In this document: positions 36,346 to 51,950 of the stretch, piece after piece
How positions within the stretch are numbered: the first letter of the stretch is position 1
How the letters are laid out: every line of letters starts with the position of its first letter
DNA from: Takakia lepidozioides
Lineage: Eukaryota; Plantae; Bryophyta
Reading direction: 5' to 3'
DNA length: 64,000 nt
NCBI GenBank assembly: GCA_030704615.1
Contig: CM060734.1
Span: 62,001 to 126,000 of the forward strand
The notes under the pieces: model-generated
Database searches by the model: none
What the model was told of the DNA's origin: nothing
What the model saw: only the letters and a program-made list of their open reading frames with translations
Position numbers and translations under genes: made by a program

Positions 36346-38723
36346 TCTCTCTCCCTCTCTCTCCATGAAATTGAAACTGAAGAACACTTCTTCTATGTCC
36401 TATATACTATGAGATCCGTGGGGATTCCACTGTCTACTCCGTGGAACCCAAACTCTCACTGAAATCTCTCACTATGAAGATCAGAAATGCATGGCTGCTT
36501 ACCTGCAATTGGGTGCCTCACGCAGCAGCTCCTTCACGCTGGCGCTCCGCCACCAGGTCGCGTGGGCGCACTCCCTCGCTCAAACAACGGAAAAAGAAAA
36601 AAAACCAAAACAAAACAAAACAAAAAAACAAAAAAACGAGGGAGAGAATGAGGGGGAGAGATAAGGGCGAGAGGGTGATTGCAGCTTATAGTGTCCATTT
36701 TTTGCTGTCACAACACTGTTTTTCCCAGACATAGAATAATGGTAAATTATCATACTCCTACATGACAATGCCATCAATAAAAAGGGACTCATATATAGAG
36801 GCTCATCTACATATACTTTCACACTTTTAAATCTCATTATCAGAAACCAGAATCTCTAGATGCTATGGACTTTTAAAAAGTCCATAAGGAATTGTCACAA
36901 TCCATGAAAAAAGGCGTTATGGATTTTTTTTTAATATAGGAGTTAGAACAAAGTCAAGAAAAGGGACTCTCTCAACCTTGCTTTGGAGAATGAGGAAACT
37001 GGAATGAAAACTATCATTCAAAAATATGAAGTTGAAAAAAAATTATGTACTATATTGAGCCTAAAAAATAGCTATTCTCATAAAGTCCTTTATGACTAAA
37101 TTCTTTTGAAATAACAAAACTTTTTTCATTAGATGCATTCATTCACCATAAATGCAGAGTTGAATATGATCAAATTTCAAAAAAACATTTGTGAATTGAT
37201 ATTATCGCAATTTGAAAATCTTGGTTTTAACAGTCAATAATAGACGGTCAAGATTGTCAGTTGAAGCAAATCCGATGGTTGAGGATTCACCACATCATCC
37301 TTTATGTACTCTTTATATATATTTTTTCACACAATTCCATGGAGAATGTAAAAAGTTATTCAGAATTTTCTACACCCAAAGCCCGAAACGGGCGTGGTGG
37401 GCGTTTAAGGGTTAAACAAATGCAGCCCAATGACATCTTGAAGGCATTGGTACTGGAATTGGGATTTTTGTTGCAGTGTAGCATTTACAAGAGTAGCGCG
37501 GGTTGCTTCTCACATGTGTCTCGTTGCTTGTGTCTTATGCATCAGTGTAATTTCTTTGGTTAGAAATCTGAAACCACTGGATAATATGTCCATCCTGGAG
37601 TCATTATTTGTTTTTCCGTCTACTTTAAGAGTAGAAAACAAATCTAGCCTCTTATAGCCAAAGCCTCAATTTTGTTCCTTGCTAAGGTAACCTCACCCAA
37701 TTCCAACAGCCAACCTAAAACCAACACCTATCATTGATGAAATGCATGGTAACCTATTGCCACATCTAGTAGACACCACAAACACACAAATCTGGGTTTC
37801 CGACCAACCAGCATTCCACATTCCTGGGTTCGAGGCAATCCAGCTCATTACCTGAAGGTGCGGCAGTGACATTTATGCACCACTCATGAGATGAGAGGCT
37901 CAGGGATGTTATGTAGTAGCTTTGTGCTTGTGCTGAGCCCCTCTCAGAACGTTTTTGTATTCATGAGATCAGGCATGTTTCGATACCATTTTTCAAATGA
38001 GAGGCCAAGGAAGTTTTTACACTTGTGAGATCACACCTGCAGTCACACCAACTTATGTTGCTTGGGAAAGAGCCATAACTAGGTTTACAAATACAAAGCT
38101 TTCAATATTGCTTTGGAGATAGTCTACATCCCAAGCTATTCCCCACTGGTCCAAATATTCTGCCAGCAACCTTGGCCACTCATACCGGACAAAGAACACT
38201 GTATCCCTGTGATCAATAGGGTGATAATATCGGAAAAGAGCATAAGGCTACGTATCACCTAAAAGGCTCCACCACGCTGATGATGCCATGTGGACTCCTT
38301 TCAAGAATTCTGCCACAACATACCATACAGGTCTAGCATATCTGAACATGGGGTACAAAAGAGTCGGAACCATACCAGTCTCTCCAACTTAGGTACTCCA
38401 AGAACCTACCAGCCTACATGCACTCCTCCTTATGCTTCAAAACAGCCAAATGTATTAGAAAACTTGGCAAAGAATAAAATCCAGTGTCTGCATCTCTAGT
38501 CTTGGCAGTCAGCAGTTGCCGTCACCGTATCATATGTGATACTGAGTTTTTCAGACATATCACTGACATCGGAATTTGCTGCTGCTATATTCTATGAAGA
38601 ACAATAGCAGTTACACCAGCAGCTCTTTCCAACTCTCTAAGTATCAAATGCCACTCATTTACACCGAAAATCAAGTGTATCAGCTACATAGTCACCAATG
38701 GATGAAACCGTCCCCACTTACAA

Positions 38724-39862
<1,139 letters not shown>

Positions 39863-41115
39863 CTAGCAGATCATTCGTACAAAGATGAGCTACACTGAGC
39901 ACGGCTCGAGAAGAGAAATGAAAGACCAGACAAAGAACTGCGCAGAGCAGGCGGTGTAGGTAGCAAGGGAAAAGAGAAATGACACAGACTGACCGACAGT
40001 CGCCAGACTGACTCTAGAGCGCTTTCCACCACATCCCTCCGTGACCTGGCACTTTCTCATTGGCTACCCTTCATTTCAGCCTTCAACAAAACCTTAACCC
40101 AACGTGACCTGGCATCACACATAAAAGCCTACCCAAAATCTGGACGAATTTTACCTATTTGTTACAACTGGGGAGTAGGAAAAGAAAAAGCAATTAGGGC
40201 ATGTTTAACCCCTAGGCGCTAGGAGCCGTTTTGGGGGGGGGCCACCCCAAGAAGAGGACATAGCCTCATGGATGAGTTGTATCTGCCAGTGAAGATTCAT
40301 GCACAAAAAATAACCTTACCAACATTTAGCTACCTACTACATCTACCTACTCACAAAATTGTGCAAGAATTGACCATTAGAATTGGTAGATTACAACAAA
40401 AACACATTGTGGTTTTTTCAACTCCACACATATATAATTGGGAGGTGGCTGGGGACAGGTTTTTGTTCCGATGGAGTTCCGCATATGCGGTTAGAGGAGG
40501 CTGAGCACTTAGAAAGTTTTCTTCGTGCCTCCGGCTCGCCCCCCTACCCCACTCAAGTTCCCCCCACTACTTGTTTAAGTTTGAATCCTCGTCTCTAAGA
40601 TGAAGAGAGAAGATTCGGACTCCGAGTCCCTTCCTTCCATCTCCTCGGATTCCTGTGTTGAATCAGAGTTTCGGACGATACTCTAATGCAGTACAACCAT
40701 TCTTGAGCCATCCCCTTCCTGGGGGGTTGTTCATCCATGAGAAGCCCTTCGGGATGTGTGGATGTGATTATGACATCTTTTAATTTCCCAAACCACACTC
40801 ATCACTAAGCTTGCTCTCACTCACATACAGTTTGTTTATTGCTTAAGCTGACTGACGACTGTGGGCTGCCTAGTTGCACATCTGGATGTGACGTGGTGCT
40901 AGCACGTCGGATGTCACGTCCAGATGTGCGTCGCGTCGCGTCACATCAAAAACGAATGGTCTCTTTCGTTTTTTTTCTAATTTTCTACTTTTACAATTTA
41001 CTTTCATTATTTGTTTACGATGTGGCAGCCTAGGTGGATATAATTTTTTAAAGCATATAATATAATTGGCTATTTTGATAAGTACATGCTATTTAATTTA
41101 TTTATTAATTAGCTA

Positions 41116-41655
41116 CGACCGCCGAACTTAGACGGTCGCGCCAATTTTTATTTTTGTAACTGACATGTGACCACCGATTATTGGCGGTCGTATGTATTTA
41201 TTTTATTTATGAATTATCTGTGACCGCCGAAATCAGGCGGTTGCACCAATTTAATTTTTTTCAAAATTGCATGCAACCGTCTATTATTGGCGGTTGCATG
41301 TATTTGTTTCATGTTTTAAACACATACGGTCGCTGAAATTCGGCAGTCGCATGTTTTTTTTTTTTTTCTTAAATATATGCAACCACCGAATTTCGGCGGC
41401 CGCATGTTTTTTTTAAAAGAAAATATAAGTGACGCCGAATTTCGCAGTCGCAAGTTTTTGTTTTATTTTTTTAAATATAAGCAACCGCCGGATTTCGGCT
41501 GTCACATGTATTTGTTCTTTTCTTAAAATATAAGCGACCGCCGAATTTCAGCGGTCGTAAGTATTTGTTTTGTTTTTTAAATATAAACGACCGCCAGATT
41601 TGTTGTTATTTAGTTTTTTTAAATGTAAGTGACTGCCGAATTTCGGCGGTCGCAG
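41116..41655. repeat. Array of 11 palindromic GACCGCCGAAnTTCGGCGGTC motifs with a 53-bp period
   Basis: Unit starts at 41117, 41169, 41222, 41275, 41328, 41381, 41431, 41483, 41536, 41589, 41631, separated by AT-rich linkers. Confidence 0.9.
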
Positions 41656-41679
41656 CTATTTATTTTCGTTTATATTTCA

Positions 41680-43461
41680 TGTCTAACCAAGGAGGCATTT
41701 CAGCATATGCAGATACGTATGTCTGTCTCTTGCTTAAGTGCATCAAGAGGGAAGGTCTGGAATCAGCTGGAAAGAAGGTGCACACTCACATTATCCAAAG
41801 TGGATTCACGTCAAATGTGTTTCTACTCAACACCCTTGTCAACATGTATGTTAAGTGCAGGAGCATCATGGATGCTCACCAATTAAGGATGCGAAGGAAG
41901 TTTTCAACACTATGGCTGAATGAGATGTGGTGTCATGGAACGCGATGCTTGCACTGTATGCACAACAGGGACGTGGTATGGAGGCTTTGGAGACCTATGA
42001 TTAAATGATGGGGGGAGGGGTGAAGCCCGACCACATCACGTTTGTGTGCATTTGAAATGTGTGTGCAAGCCTGGCAGCTCTAGAAAAGGGCAAAGAGGTC
42101 CATGGCGACATTGTCAGAGCTGCAATTGTACCAAATGTCATTCTGAACAATACCCTCGTAGACATGTATGAAGGGAGCGTTTGATAGTATGGATGAATGA
42201 GATGTGGTGTTGTGGAGTGCGATGATTGCAGGATATGCACAGCAAGGGCGCGGGATGGAGGCTTTGGAGACCTATGAGCAAATGATCTGCGAAGGGGTGA
42301 AGCCCAACCACATCACGTTTGTGTGCGTTTGCAGTGCATGTGCAAGCCTGACAGCCCTGGAAAAGGGCAAAGAGGTCCATGGTGACATTGTCAAAGCTGG
42401 GATTGTACCCAATGTCATTCTGAACTCTACCCTGGTGGATATGTATGCCAAATGTGGGAGCATTGAGGATGCGAAAGGAGTGTTCAACACTATGGCTGAA
42501 CGAGATGTGGTGTCAGAAAACGCGATGCTTGCAGGGTATGCACAGCAGGGGCGCGGGATGGAGGCCTTGGAGACATATGAGCAATTGATGGGGGAAGGGG
42601 TGAAGTGCAACCACATCACGTTTGTGTGCGTTTTGCAATGCTTGTGCAAGCCTAGCAGCCCTGGAAAAGGGGCAAAGAGGTGCATGGTGACATCGCCAAA
42701 GCTGAAAATGTACCAGATGTGATTCTGAATAATACCCTCGTGGACATGTATGCCAAATGTGGGTCCATCGAGGTGCAAAGGTAGTGCTTGATAACATGGC
42801 TGAACGAGATGTGGTATCATGGAACGCGATGATCGCAGGATATGCCCAGCAGGGTCACGGGATGGAGGCTTTGGATACCTATGAGCAAATGATGGGCGAA
42901 GGGTACCACTGACAGTTTGGAGGCTGTGATGGCTGTATATGTGTGGGGGAAAAGAAGCGAAGGGATAGAGTGTGGGTGTAGATTCATCCAAGAGGGCCAG
43001 ATGTCAAGCACAAGATTACCTATGATTCCCTGTGGATCAATAGCTACAAGAAACCTGCATGGGTAGATGGTCAACTGGCAGCAACGGCACAATTGATAAA
43101 ATCAGGCACCTTCTTCAACACAATTCACCCTGTTTTCCCTCTTATGAGAATCAGCCCTAAATTTTCATGTTGAATTTATGCAAGTTAGCTGGTTGAGTGA
43201 ATTTAGTTTGGAGTGACTTTGACATGATATTGCCAATGTGACAACAGTAAAGTATCCAGAAACAGGTAACAGAGACGAGGAGAAGTTGTGGAATGAATAT
43301 TTTTTTACCCCAGTCAATGGTGGACAATCGAGGCAAAAAGGTGAATGCATGCTGGACAGAAAGTAGCAGATGTCATTGAGCATAGAAACTAGTGTGATAA
43401 GATGAGTTGGGTGTTTCGTAGAAAAAATCTAGGCTGTCATTGTCAGTTGCTAGCAGCAAGG
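41680..43461 (+). pseudogene. Cluster 2: PLS-class PPR tract followed by a PDF-motif module (continues at 44403-44560 and 52403-52889)
   Basis: ORF 42204-42722 has clean P-L-S motifs. IHPRGPDVKHKITYDSLWINSYKKPAWVDGQL at 42982; EEKLWNEY at 43275 and 52635. Confidence 0.88.
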
Positions 43462-44402
43462 GAGGGCAGCTAGGTCATGAGCATGGGAGTTGAGCTCACG
43501 CTTGACTGACATGGCGTGAGCCCAAGCTCCATCTGCATGACATGGCGTTCACGCCACGTAAGCGTGAGCGTCCGCCATGTCAGTAGACATCATAACACAT
43601 TTGGCAAAAAAAATGTGTCTATACCCGAGGGACCTATAACCGTGGGAATAGGCATTTATGCTGCATATTCCAAACAAACCGACAATGAAAAGAGACTCCG
43701 TGACTGCAATGTTGTGCAGTTTGCTAACTTAAGCTGCATATTGCAAACAAACCGACAATGAAAAGAGACCCGTCTGGGTTCCCTTCCCCTTTCCTTTGCC
43801 TCTCCTCTCACCCGCAAGTCCCTTTTTGCCTTTTGAGAGAGTGTTCTGAGCCGGTGTACTTTACAGACAAAAATAAAAAAATAAAAATTACGTGTGTGAG
43901 ATGGGCAGCTGCAGAGAAAATGTGCACCGCAGATGCCCTGAAAGTAGTGTGCGGTGCCGCACACTACTTTTCAAGGCATCTGCGTGGGAACTTGCCTACC
44001 TCCATCCGTTCCTCTCAAACAATCCAACAGTAGAGACACTTTTCGGATGGATGGGAAAGCTGCATGAGAGAGCTACATCATAAAAATAGATGATAAAGGT
44101 GGATGATAAAAGTGGGTAGGAAAGCTACATCATAGAGCTACATCATAAAGGTAGATTACAAAGATGGATGATAAAGGTGGATGATAAAGCTACATGATAG
44201 ACCTACAAGATAAAGGATAATGACATAGGTGGATGATATTGTGGTGGTGTGCAATGACTGGAAAGAGAAATTACTTCCGCCAAAATAGGAACCTCCCGCG
44301 GAAATACGTCCAGTATCTTGGAAATAAATGCATGACGTGGCGTGAGCCTGGCTGGGCTCACATGCTCATGCCTCCAAACTCACGATATAGCAATCCCCGC
44401 AC
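43462..44402. mobile_element. 941-bp non-autonomous insertion into a PDF-module intron
   Basis: Interrupts the conserved 'cagcaaggcaaggatgtatgc'; CAAGG on both sides (possible 5-bp TSD); internal inverted repeat CATGAGCATG (43476) / CATGCTCATG (44361). Confidence 0.6.
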
Positions 44403-45039
44403 CAAGGCAACGATGTATGCATGGTTTATGCAGAGGCATGGATAGCTGAAGGGGCAGGGATAGAGTGTGGGTCTAGATTCATCTAAGAGGGAAGCTCCAG
44501 ATTACCTATGATTCCATGTGGAAGGATGGCTACAAGAAACTTGCATGGGTAGATGGTCAATTTCTTGTTGCGGTAGTGCTTAGCAACATCGTGCTTGAAG
44601 AATGAAGTATATTTTGGGAATACATATAGGCACACTGGTTCAAACACCATGTCAGTGTCTGATGTATTAACATCCAATATCGTTCGAAGGTGTATAATGT
44701 CCTCTAAGGTTGTGTTGTGGTGTTTCTATGGATGGCATGTTTGATTGTAGTTGAGTCTTTCATATTGTATCATATTGTTGCTTCTGCCAGTCTATGCAAT
44801 AGGGTTGGTGGTAGAATCTTTCTTTGCCACTCTTTGCAACTGCCAGCAGGGTTGGGGGTCGATTCTTTGGTCATTCGAAGATTAATGCATGCTCTCTTTC
44901 CCTGCAGAGGGGCTGCGTCTTGGTATAGATGGCCTTTCCTCCACATGGTTTATTAAATTTCATATTAATATAATATAATATAATATCTAAATTAGTCATC
45001 TAAAATTAAATAATATTTAATAAATTATAAAATCTACAT

Positions 45040-45488
45040 GATCGACACGTGTCAGTCACACCTGCTCCAACAAGACCACGTGACATCTGTAGTGTTGTAG
45101 TGATATAGTCATACCCATAGTCGTGTAGTCATAAAGATATGACTGCTCCATTGCACCATCAGGCGATGATTACACATGTCAAATCCCAAGGATCCCACGT
45201 GTCACGCAGAGGCATCTCCATATAGGCGCAATGTTGTAGTGATGTAGTCATAACCTCAGTCATAACTTTCATTCGTGTAGTGATACTTGTTATGACTACA
45301 TCTCCAAACCCTGCATCACTATCCCACGCCACGTCCTCAGTGACCGCCATGACTTCGCACTTAACACTCCGTAGTCATGGTAGAACTGACGTCGCGTTTG
45401 TCACTGCAGAGTGAAGTAGTCATAAAAGCACTTATCACTGCAAATGCAGTGATATCAGTAGTCATAAAAATGTTAATTTGTACTAGTG
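45040..45488. mobile_element. CACTA-like element terminus
   Basis: Ends in TAGTG (45484-45488; minus strand reads CACTAGTACAAA) after dense (A)GTCAT/ATGAC subterminal motifs. Similar motif-rich tracts at 51961-52260 and 53560-53970. Confidence 0.55.
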
Positions 45489-47973
45489 ATAACCTGGACC
45501 ACCGGCATTACGTCTTCCACTATATCGGTCATGACTGACGAAGCAAGTACCCCCCGCCTGTTCTCCTGGTACGGGGATGTTTCATGACTCGTAAGCCCGT
45601 TGAAAGTCCAAGGTTTGTACGTGACAGACCCCTTTCTCTTCCACATGTCACCTTCCTCTACCTCGTTTAGATACGCCCTTACATCCCTTCGTAGCTGAGG
45701 CGATATCTGCAATAGTTGGCCCAAGGTGATGTCTACATTGCCATCCATCACTTTCATGGCCAACTGTTGAGGTTCTGTCGCGGATTGCTGGCGCGTTTTG
45801 TCCAATTCATCGACCATTCACTCCGTTACCCACAGTGATAGAAGACGACAAACTAGAGGACTTATCAACTTCTCTTCTTCCTCGGGCAGTGAGTTCTTTT
45901 CATCTGGGATGGTCGCAGCTCCTGCAGTTCTTCCTCGCATATACCCTTCCCCTTCTGCTTCTGATTGCGGGTTACACTACTGCATTTGGGGCGGGATAGC
46001 GATGCCCCAGCGACCTCCAACCACCGCGATTAGCGACGGAGATACTCTACGGCGCCCGGGGCGCGCCGGGGGCAATTTGCGACATCGGGAACTTGCAGCG
46101 ACGTCGGTCTGACGCCGCTCCTGGAACGTCGCTAATTAGCGACCTTGGGGCCTGGGGGGGGTCACTATATGTTATTTTTCCATATCACGTCAGACAAAGC
46201 CGACACAACCATTCTCACTGTGTAGAGAGATCTGAGTGAAGCTAAGAAGGAATAGAAATTACCCCCATGATACACTAGTTGTAGGTCATGACTGATTGTT
46301 CTGAGTGGGAGGAGTACTTAGAGATATCCACCTCTTCTATCTTGGAGTTTCCACCTCGGATAGCGAAGGGATGAGTAAAAGCCGCTCAACATGCGGTACT
46401 CTATGAAATTTCTAGGAACGACGACCCAGTTCGCAGCTAGCAGCTCTTTCATCCCTCCCCGTTGTACCAGGAAAGGATCTCCAATGATACGGGCTTACGC
46501 GCATCAGTTCATCACTCTCCCCAATTTGCACCCATCACTGAAGTCACGAAGAACAAGCTCAAGTGGCCCTCAAGACACCCAGTCAATGGAGGTAACCCGG
46601 CTGCTACCTCTCTCTGCATAGTTCACACTACTCTACACTACCTTTGTGTGCCTAGACTGACAGGGTATCACGATGTTATCCATTGTTGTAAGGAGGTTTT
46701 TGCACACTTATCTCGCTGCAAAACCCGCGGGCCCAGCCATGTTCAAGACGCGGCTACTCTTTGGAGCCACACAGGCCCGACATCCATGATGCCCTCCTAC
46801 TTTTGGAGCCATGGCACCCTCCCTAATTTCTGCAAGACAAGTGCCTAGGGCACCCGTGCACGGCGTCATACAACCGATCTTGGAGGCTTAGTCTAAACCT
46901 TGAGCACCTCAGAGGATGCAAGAAGGGGAGTAGGGCTCCCAACCCGCTGCTCAATGGTCACGATGACACCCCCCCCACACCAGCTAATCACCAGTCCAAT
47001 ATCTCGGCCTCGACCCAGTCACAACTTCACTAGGTGCAATTATTCCTCACCTACTTGTTGCTTACCCAAATGCTTACAAGGTACTTTGTCCCTCTACTGC
47101 CATTATTTTCCGCTTCACCATCTTACAGTTACTAATCTTTCCCCCCAAATCAACTCCCATACTCTCACAATGTGCCCTCACTTCCACTACCATCTCATAA
47201 CGTCTACCAAGATGCTGCCTGCACTCCCGTGCAGCCTCACTAATCCCAACCAAAACCCACACTTACAGAGATCTCAAATTACAGTTGCCTCTTCCAATTA
47301 CTATGCCATGTTGCGTTTGCCATATACTCTTCCTTGCATTACTATAAACTCTGTAAGTTCTACCTCACTCACAATCCATTTTTATTGGCAGCCTAACAAT
47401 ATCTCTTGGTTCAGCTCTCCAAGGCATCACTCCGCCCGCTGCAATTCTAGTATCTATAGATGCCTGGTAGCTGACTCCTCCGATCCACAAAGCATGTATA
47501 CTGGTCACCAGAACCACTCGACCTTAGGATATGCTCAACATGGGCAAGCTGGTCTAGGGAAAACAACAATTTTGAAAGAATGTTGAGTACATCAAGAAGC
47601 CTCTTTCTACATACACCGAGATGACCAACCCTGCCGCTATTGATTCAATAAGACAACAGTCCGAGTATTTTTACTCTATGAAGAGCCCTGCTGCTGTAGC
47701 AAACAATGTTATGTCTTATGCGACTCTCTCTTCCAAGCAGCATTGCGCTGAGGATGGCGCCACCCTTAACTGCTGGCCTCTCAACTTTTCCAGCTCGCCC
47801 ACCACGCCCTCCACTCGCATGTCTTCCCGCTGGGTTATCGTCCTTGCATGTGCCTCAATGCAGCCTCAGCTCCAGCACAACAGCATCAGGAAGGCAGGTA
47901 TTTCAAAGGAAAGGTATGAACCCAACCTCGCATGGACCAGAATGAGTGGTAGCATGTTCAGCTACTCTACTTC

Positions 47974-50900
47974 TCATGGTCTTGGTATTTGCAGCACCTG
48001 CTTAGTAACGTATTCAGTAGCAACAAGAATATAACGCTTTTGACCATTGCGGGAAGCAAGAGCAATAGGACCAACAAAATCGATGCCCCATTTTTCAAAG
48101 AGAGTTTGAGCCAGAATGGGGACGAGCGGCATCGAGCTCGATCGCACAGGCTTACCCAAGTGCTGACAAGCATCGCAGCCACGCACATAAGCAAAAGCAT
48201 CTTTGAACAGAGTGGGCCACGAATAACCCGATAATAGAACCTTCCGACCAGTTGCATCACTGGCAAAATGGCCACCGCAGGAATCGGCATGACACCTCCA
48301 ATATTGTAGACACCTCGGCCTCCAAAATACATCGACGTAAAACTCCATCTTTCCCAAGCCGATACAGAGTGTCACCAATAATTGTATAAGGAGTAGAGGT
48401 CTCAACCAATCGTTGTTTCTGCTTGTCCGTGTACCCGTCAGGAAATTGTAATGATGACAAATAATTGAAAATGAGAGCATACTCGCCAGTCATGACATCA
48501 ATGACAAATAACTTAGCATCAGGGAAAAAATCGTCTATCGGCTTAGAACCTACTTCCTTTTATAATTGACTCAAATGATCCGCATTGGCATGTTTGCGAC
48601 CAGGACGCACAACAATTTTGTAAGTGAATTCTTGCAATAATATAACCCATCGAGGCACTCTTCCGCTCAGCTCAGGTTTATTGATGAGATATTTCAATGC
48701 ATCGTGGTCAACATGAAAAACAAAAGGGTATCCCAATAAATAATGGCGAAACTTTTGAACAGAGTAAATCATGCCCAAACCCTCCCATTCAGTGGTAGTA
48801 TAATTTATCTCAACTGCAGCCAATTGTCGGCTAGCAAAATAAATCGGATGATCAAAAGATTTCTCATCCTTTTGGCTTAAAATACTACCAATGGCATAAT
48901 TTGAGGCATCGACATAAACCTGTAATTCTTTTGTCCAATTGGGTGAAACCAAGATAGGCGCCTTTATCAATCGTCCCTTTAATTCATTAAATGAGTGCTG
49001 ACATTCTTTTGTCCATTGTGGCTCGGCATCATGCTTCAATAATTGCGTCAAAGGTAAAGCAATCTCAGCATATCGACGGATAAACCGGCGATAGTAATCC
49101 ACATGGCCCAAAAACGCGCGTACCTCCGTCACTGTCGTGGGGGTAGGTAAAGACGATAATCTCAATCTTGGTGGGGTCAGTCGATATGCCTTGAATCGAC
49201 ACAATATGGCCCAATAGTTTCCCCTTGGTGACCAAAAATTGGCATTTGCATTCAGGGAGATTCCATACTCCTTACATTTCTGAAAACACAGCTCCAACAT
49301 CTCAGCATGTGTTTGTTTACTACTATAGACACAAAAATCATCCAAAAAGGTCTCTATGAATAACCGCAAGTAGTCCTGGAAAGTTGCAGTCATCACTCGT
49401 TGAAATGTAGCAGGAGCATTGCAAAGTCCAAAAGGCATGACTTTGTAGGCATAAGTACCCCAGTCAGTAGTGAAAGTGGTCTTTGGGCGATCTTCCTTTG
49501 CAATCGTGATCTGATTGTAACCAGAAAACCCATCGAGGAAAGAATAGCACTCATGACCAACAACTGCATCTAAGATAGAATCAGTGAAAGGCAATGGAAA
49601 ATAGTCCTTCCTAGTGACTGCATGATGATTGTCTCCGAACCAGAGATGACTGCAAAGGAAATAGCAGGTTACAAATAATCCAGATCCTTCAAAATATCAT
49701 AATGGACCAAGCCTTTAGTCATTGCCATAACCCGCCTCCGACGCGATCCCTTGACATGTCCTATCTTGCCATGACCCATTTTTGGACCAATATACTTCCT
49801 CAATTTCTCCGCTGGACTGGCTCCGTTCTAGGTTGGGGTATAGCAACCGATATGATAGGGTTAGGGTCGATAGGATCAACGATAGTGGAAGGTGGATGGA
49901 CTACCAAACTAGGCGATATCATCGGAGGTATTGGATGAATATCGGGAACGGTCGGCAACGATTGTCGAACCTCATCGGCTTGTCTGGGGTTCACACTATT
50001 GGGATTCTTTAGGGCAGATTCCTCTAGCTTACGACCTCTGGTAGTCACTGCTTTGACCATGGAAACATCTGGCTCAGCATTGGAATAGTACGATTGCAAG
50101 AGGGTATCAGCTACTTCCATCTTGTCTTTACCTTTCAGGGTTCTTTTATCAGCCAACAGTCCTATCCTCCACACAATCCTGTACTGTTACTCGATTCACA
50201 ACTTGATTGGTATTGGTGTTTCCAAAATAATGTGATGGCCCTGCAACTGATGGAGTTGTACCCGAAACTGGAGGCATAGGAGTTGATGAAGATTGCTGAT
50301 GGATAGGATTTTGTGGGTATGGACTGTCGCATTGTTCAGCAATATGGCCTTGACCACCACAACGTCCACACAGTGGTATGTAATCGACCGGGGCTTTTGG
50401 ATTAGGGCACTCGCTGGCAATATGTCCAAGTTCATGACAACGAAAGCAGACAGGGTATTACCCATTTCTCAATCGCTGTGTATTAGGCCGATAGGGATAA
50501 TTAGGTTATTGAAAATACCTTTGTTGTTGACCACCTCCAAAGGATTGCCCATAAGCACCTTGGGGCGGTATTCCCCTCCATTGTTGGCAATTTGGCTGAT
50601 TAGCTGGCTGATACCAGCTTTGTGGCCCTCGGGCAGGTCTCCAAGGCTGCTGACTTTGGGGAGATGACTCTGACCATTGTGCAGGCATCGCCTGCACCAC
50701 AGGCGCCATTAAAGACCCAACCTGATTGACGTCCCATCCTTTTGTCTTCTGATTGGTCTTGGCCGGGGTTAACCCCATAGCCGTTTGGAGATGCCAACAC
50801 TGCAAAATAACATGACCTGATTTACCACAATATCCACACTTGGCAGCATTAATGGGGTTTGATACTGGTGTCAATGGGCATTCATGGGCTAAATGACCAT

Positions 50901-51950
50901 GAACCTGACAGGTAGAACACCACATATTGGCCCGCTGATTATTTGGCTTTGGTCTCCCTTCTCTCTTCGAAGCCAATTGCATGGAGAGTTCCTCCATCCA
51001 TTTAGTTAATGCAGCAATCTGCCCTTCCTTGGGGTCAATTGTCACACTAGCTGGTAATTGGTTCTGTAAGGATACAAGGGCATACATTCCCACAGTAGGC
51101 TGAACTGGGGAAGGGACATAGTCAATGGGACTGCCGATACTTGTGGGGCCCAGGAATTAGTGTCAAACAATGTCGTGGGCCCAACTGAATAAGTGGTAAC
51201 ATTAATGGTTTCCCAAAGCTTCGCCCGATTAATAGCCGCATGTAAATCTGCAGGAATGCCTTCTTTAACAAAACGTTTCAGCTCTAGTGGAAACAACCCT
51301 TCCACAATAGACCCATCTGCATATGGTTGGGAATGTTATGATTGTTCCATCGCCGAAGAATATCCTTTAGATGACCTGCAAAAGAATCTACTGACTCGCC
51401 TGTCACCATATGGAGTTTTGTCAGTTGCTCACATAGGCGATCAGTGAAACCCAAGGGTCGAAATTGTGTTAGGAAAGCCGTTTTTAAGGAATTCCAATCG
51501 GGAAAGGCTCCATGGTGCTGCCGATCATACCATTGAAAGGCTAACTCACGCAAAGTGGCGGGAAACATCGTCAGCCAACAGAATTCCGTCCTGGCATTAT
51601 TAGCAATACAGGCTGTCATAAATTGAGCCAAATGGCGGTCGGTGTCTGACCCATGAAGTCCCGTGGCATGGGCGATACATTGACGGTTCTATCATCGGGT
51701 CCTCTCAAATTCACCACCACTGGGATTGACTGTAAGCTGACTCCAATCGGTACGGCGGCCATTGGTGCTGGTACAATAGACGGTACAATAAATATGATAG
51801 GAAGCGCAATAGGAGGTAAATTAGGCGGTGCCGATGCAACTAGTTGTGCGGCTAATAATGCACGTCATGCTATCCGTACTGCCAATTGATCAGCCCTTGC
51901 CTTAGCCTGGTGCTCCCTTCTCACAAGAGACTCCCTCATTCCCCATACCA
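47974..51950 (-). mobile_element. Second Gypsy remnant (gag, zinc knuckles, RT, RNase H, integrase N-terminus)
   Basis: QWYDRQ...WNSLKTAFLTQF; CSTCQVHGHLAHEC and CGYCGKSGHVILQC; YSFLDGFSGYNQI, MPFGLCNAPATFQ, FLDDF, YVDASNYAIG, HANADHLS; CDAC...WGIDFVGP. The protease and RT start are deleted near 49620 and the integrase is truncated near 47990. Confidence 0.92.

Noticed and set aside
41116-41655. CRISPR-like appearance (palindromic repeats with regular spacers)
   Set aside because: The repeats are degenerate, the linkers are similar low-complexity T/A tracts rather than unique spacers, there are no cas genes, and the context is eukaryotic.
42204-42722. Functional PPR gene
   Set aside because: Frameshifts and stops on both sides, no E/DYW domain and no intact start; treated as a pseudogene.
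46391-47960. Long plus-strand ORFs (46900-47586, 47621-48034)
   Set aside because: Low-information peptides with no motifs, probably antisense to degraded TE sequence.
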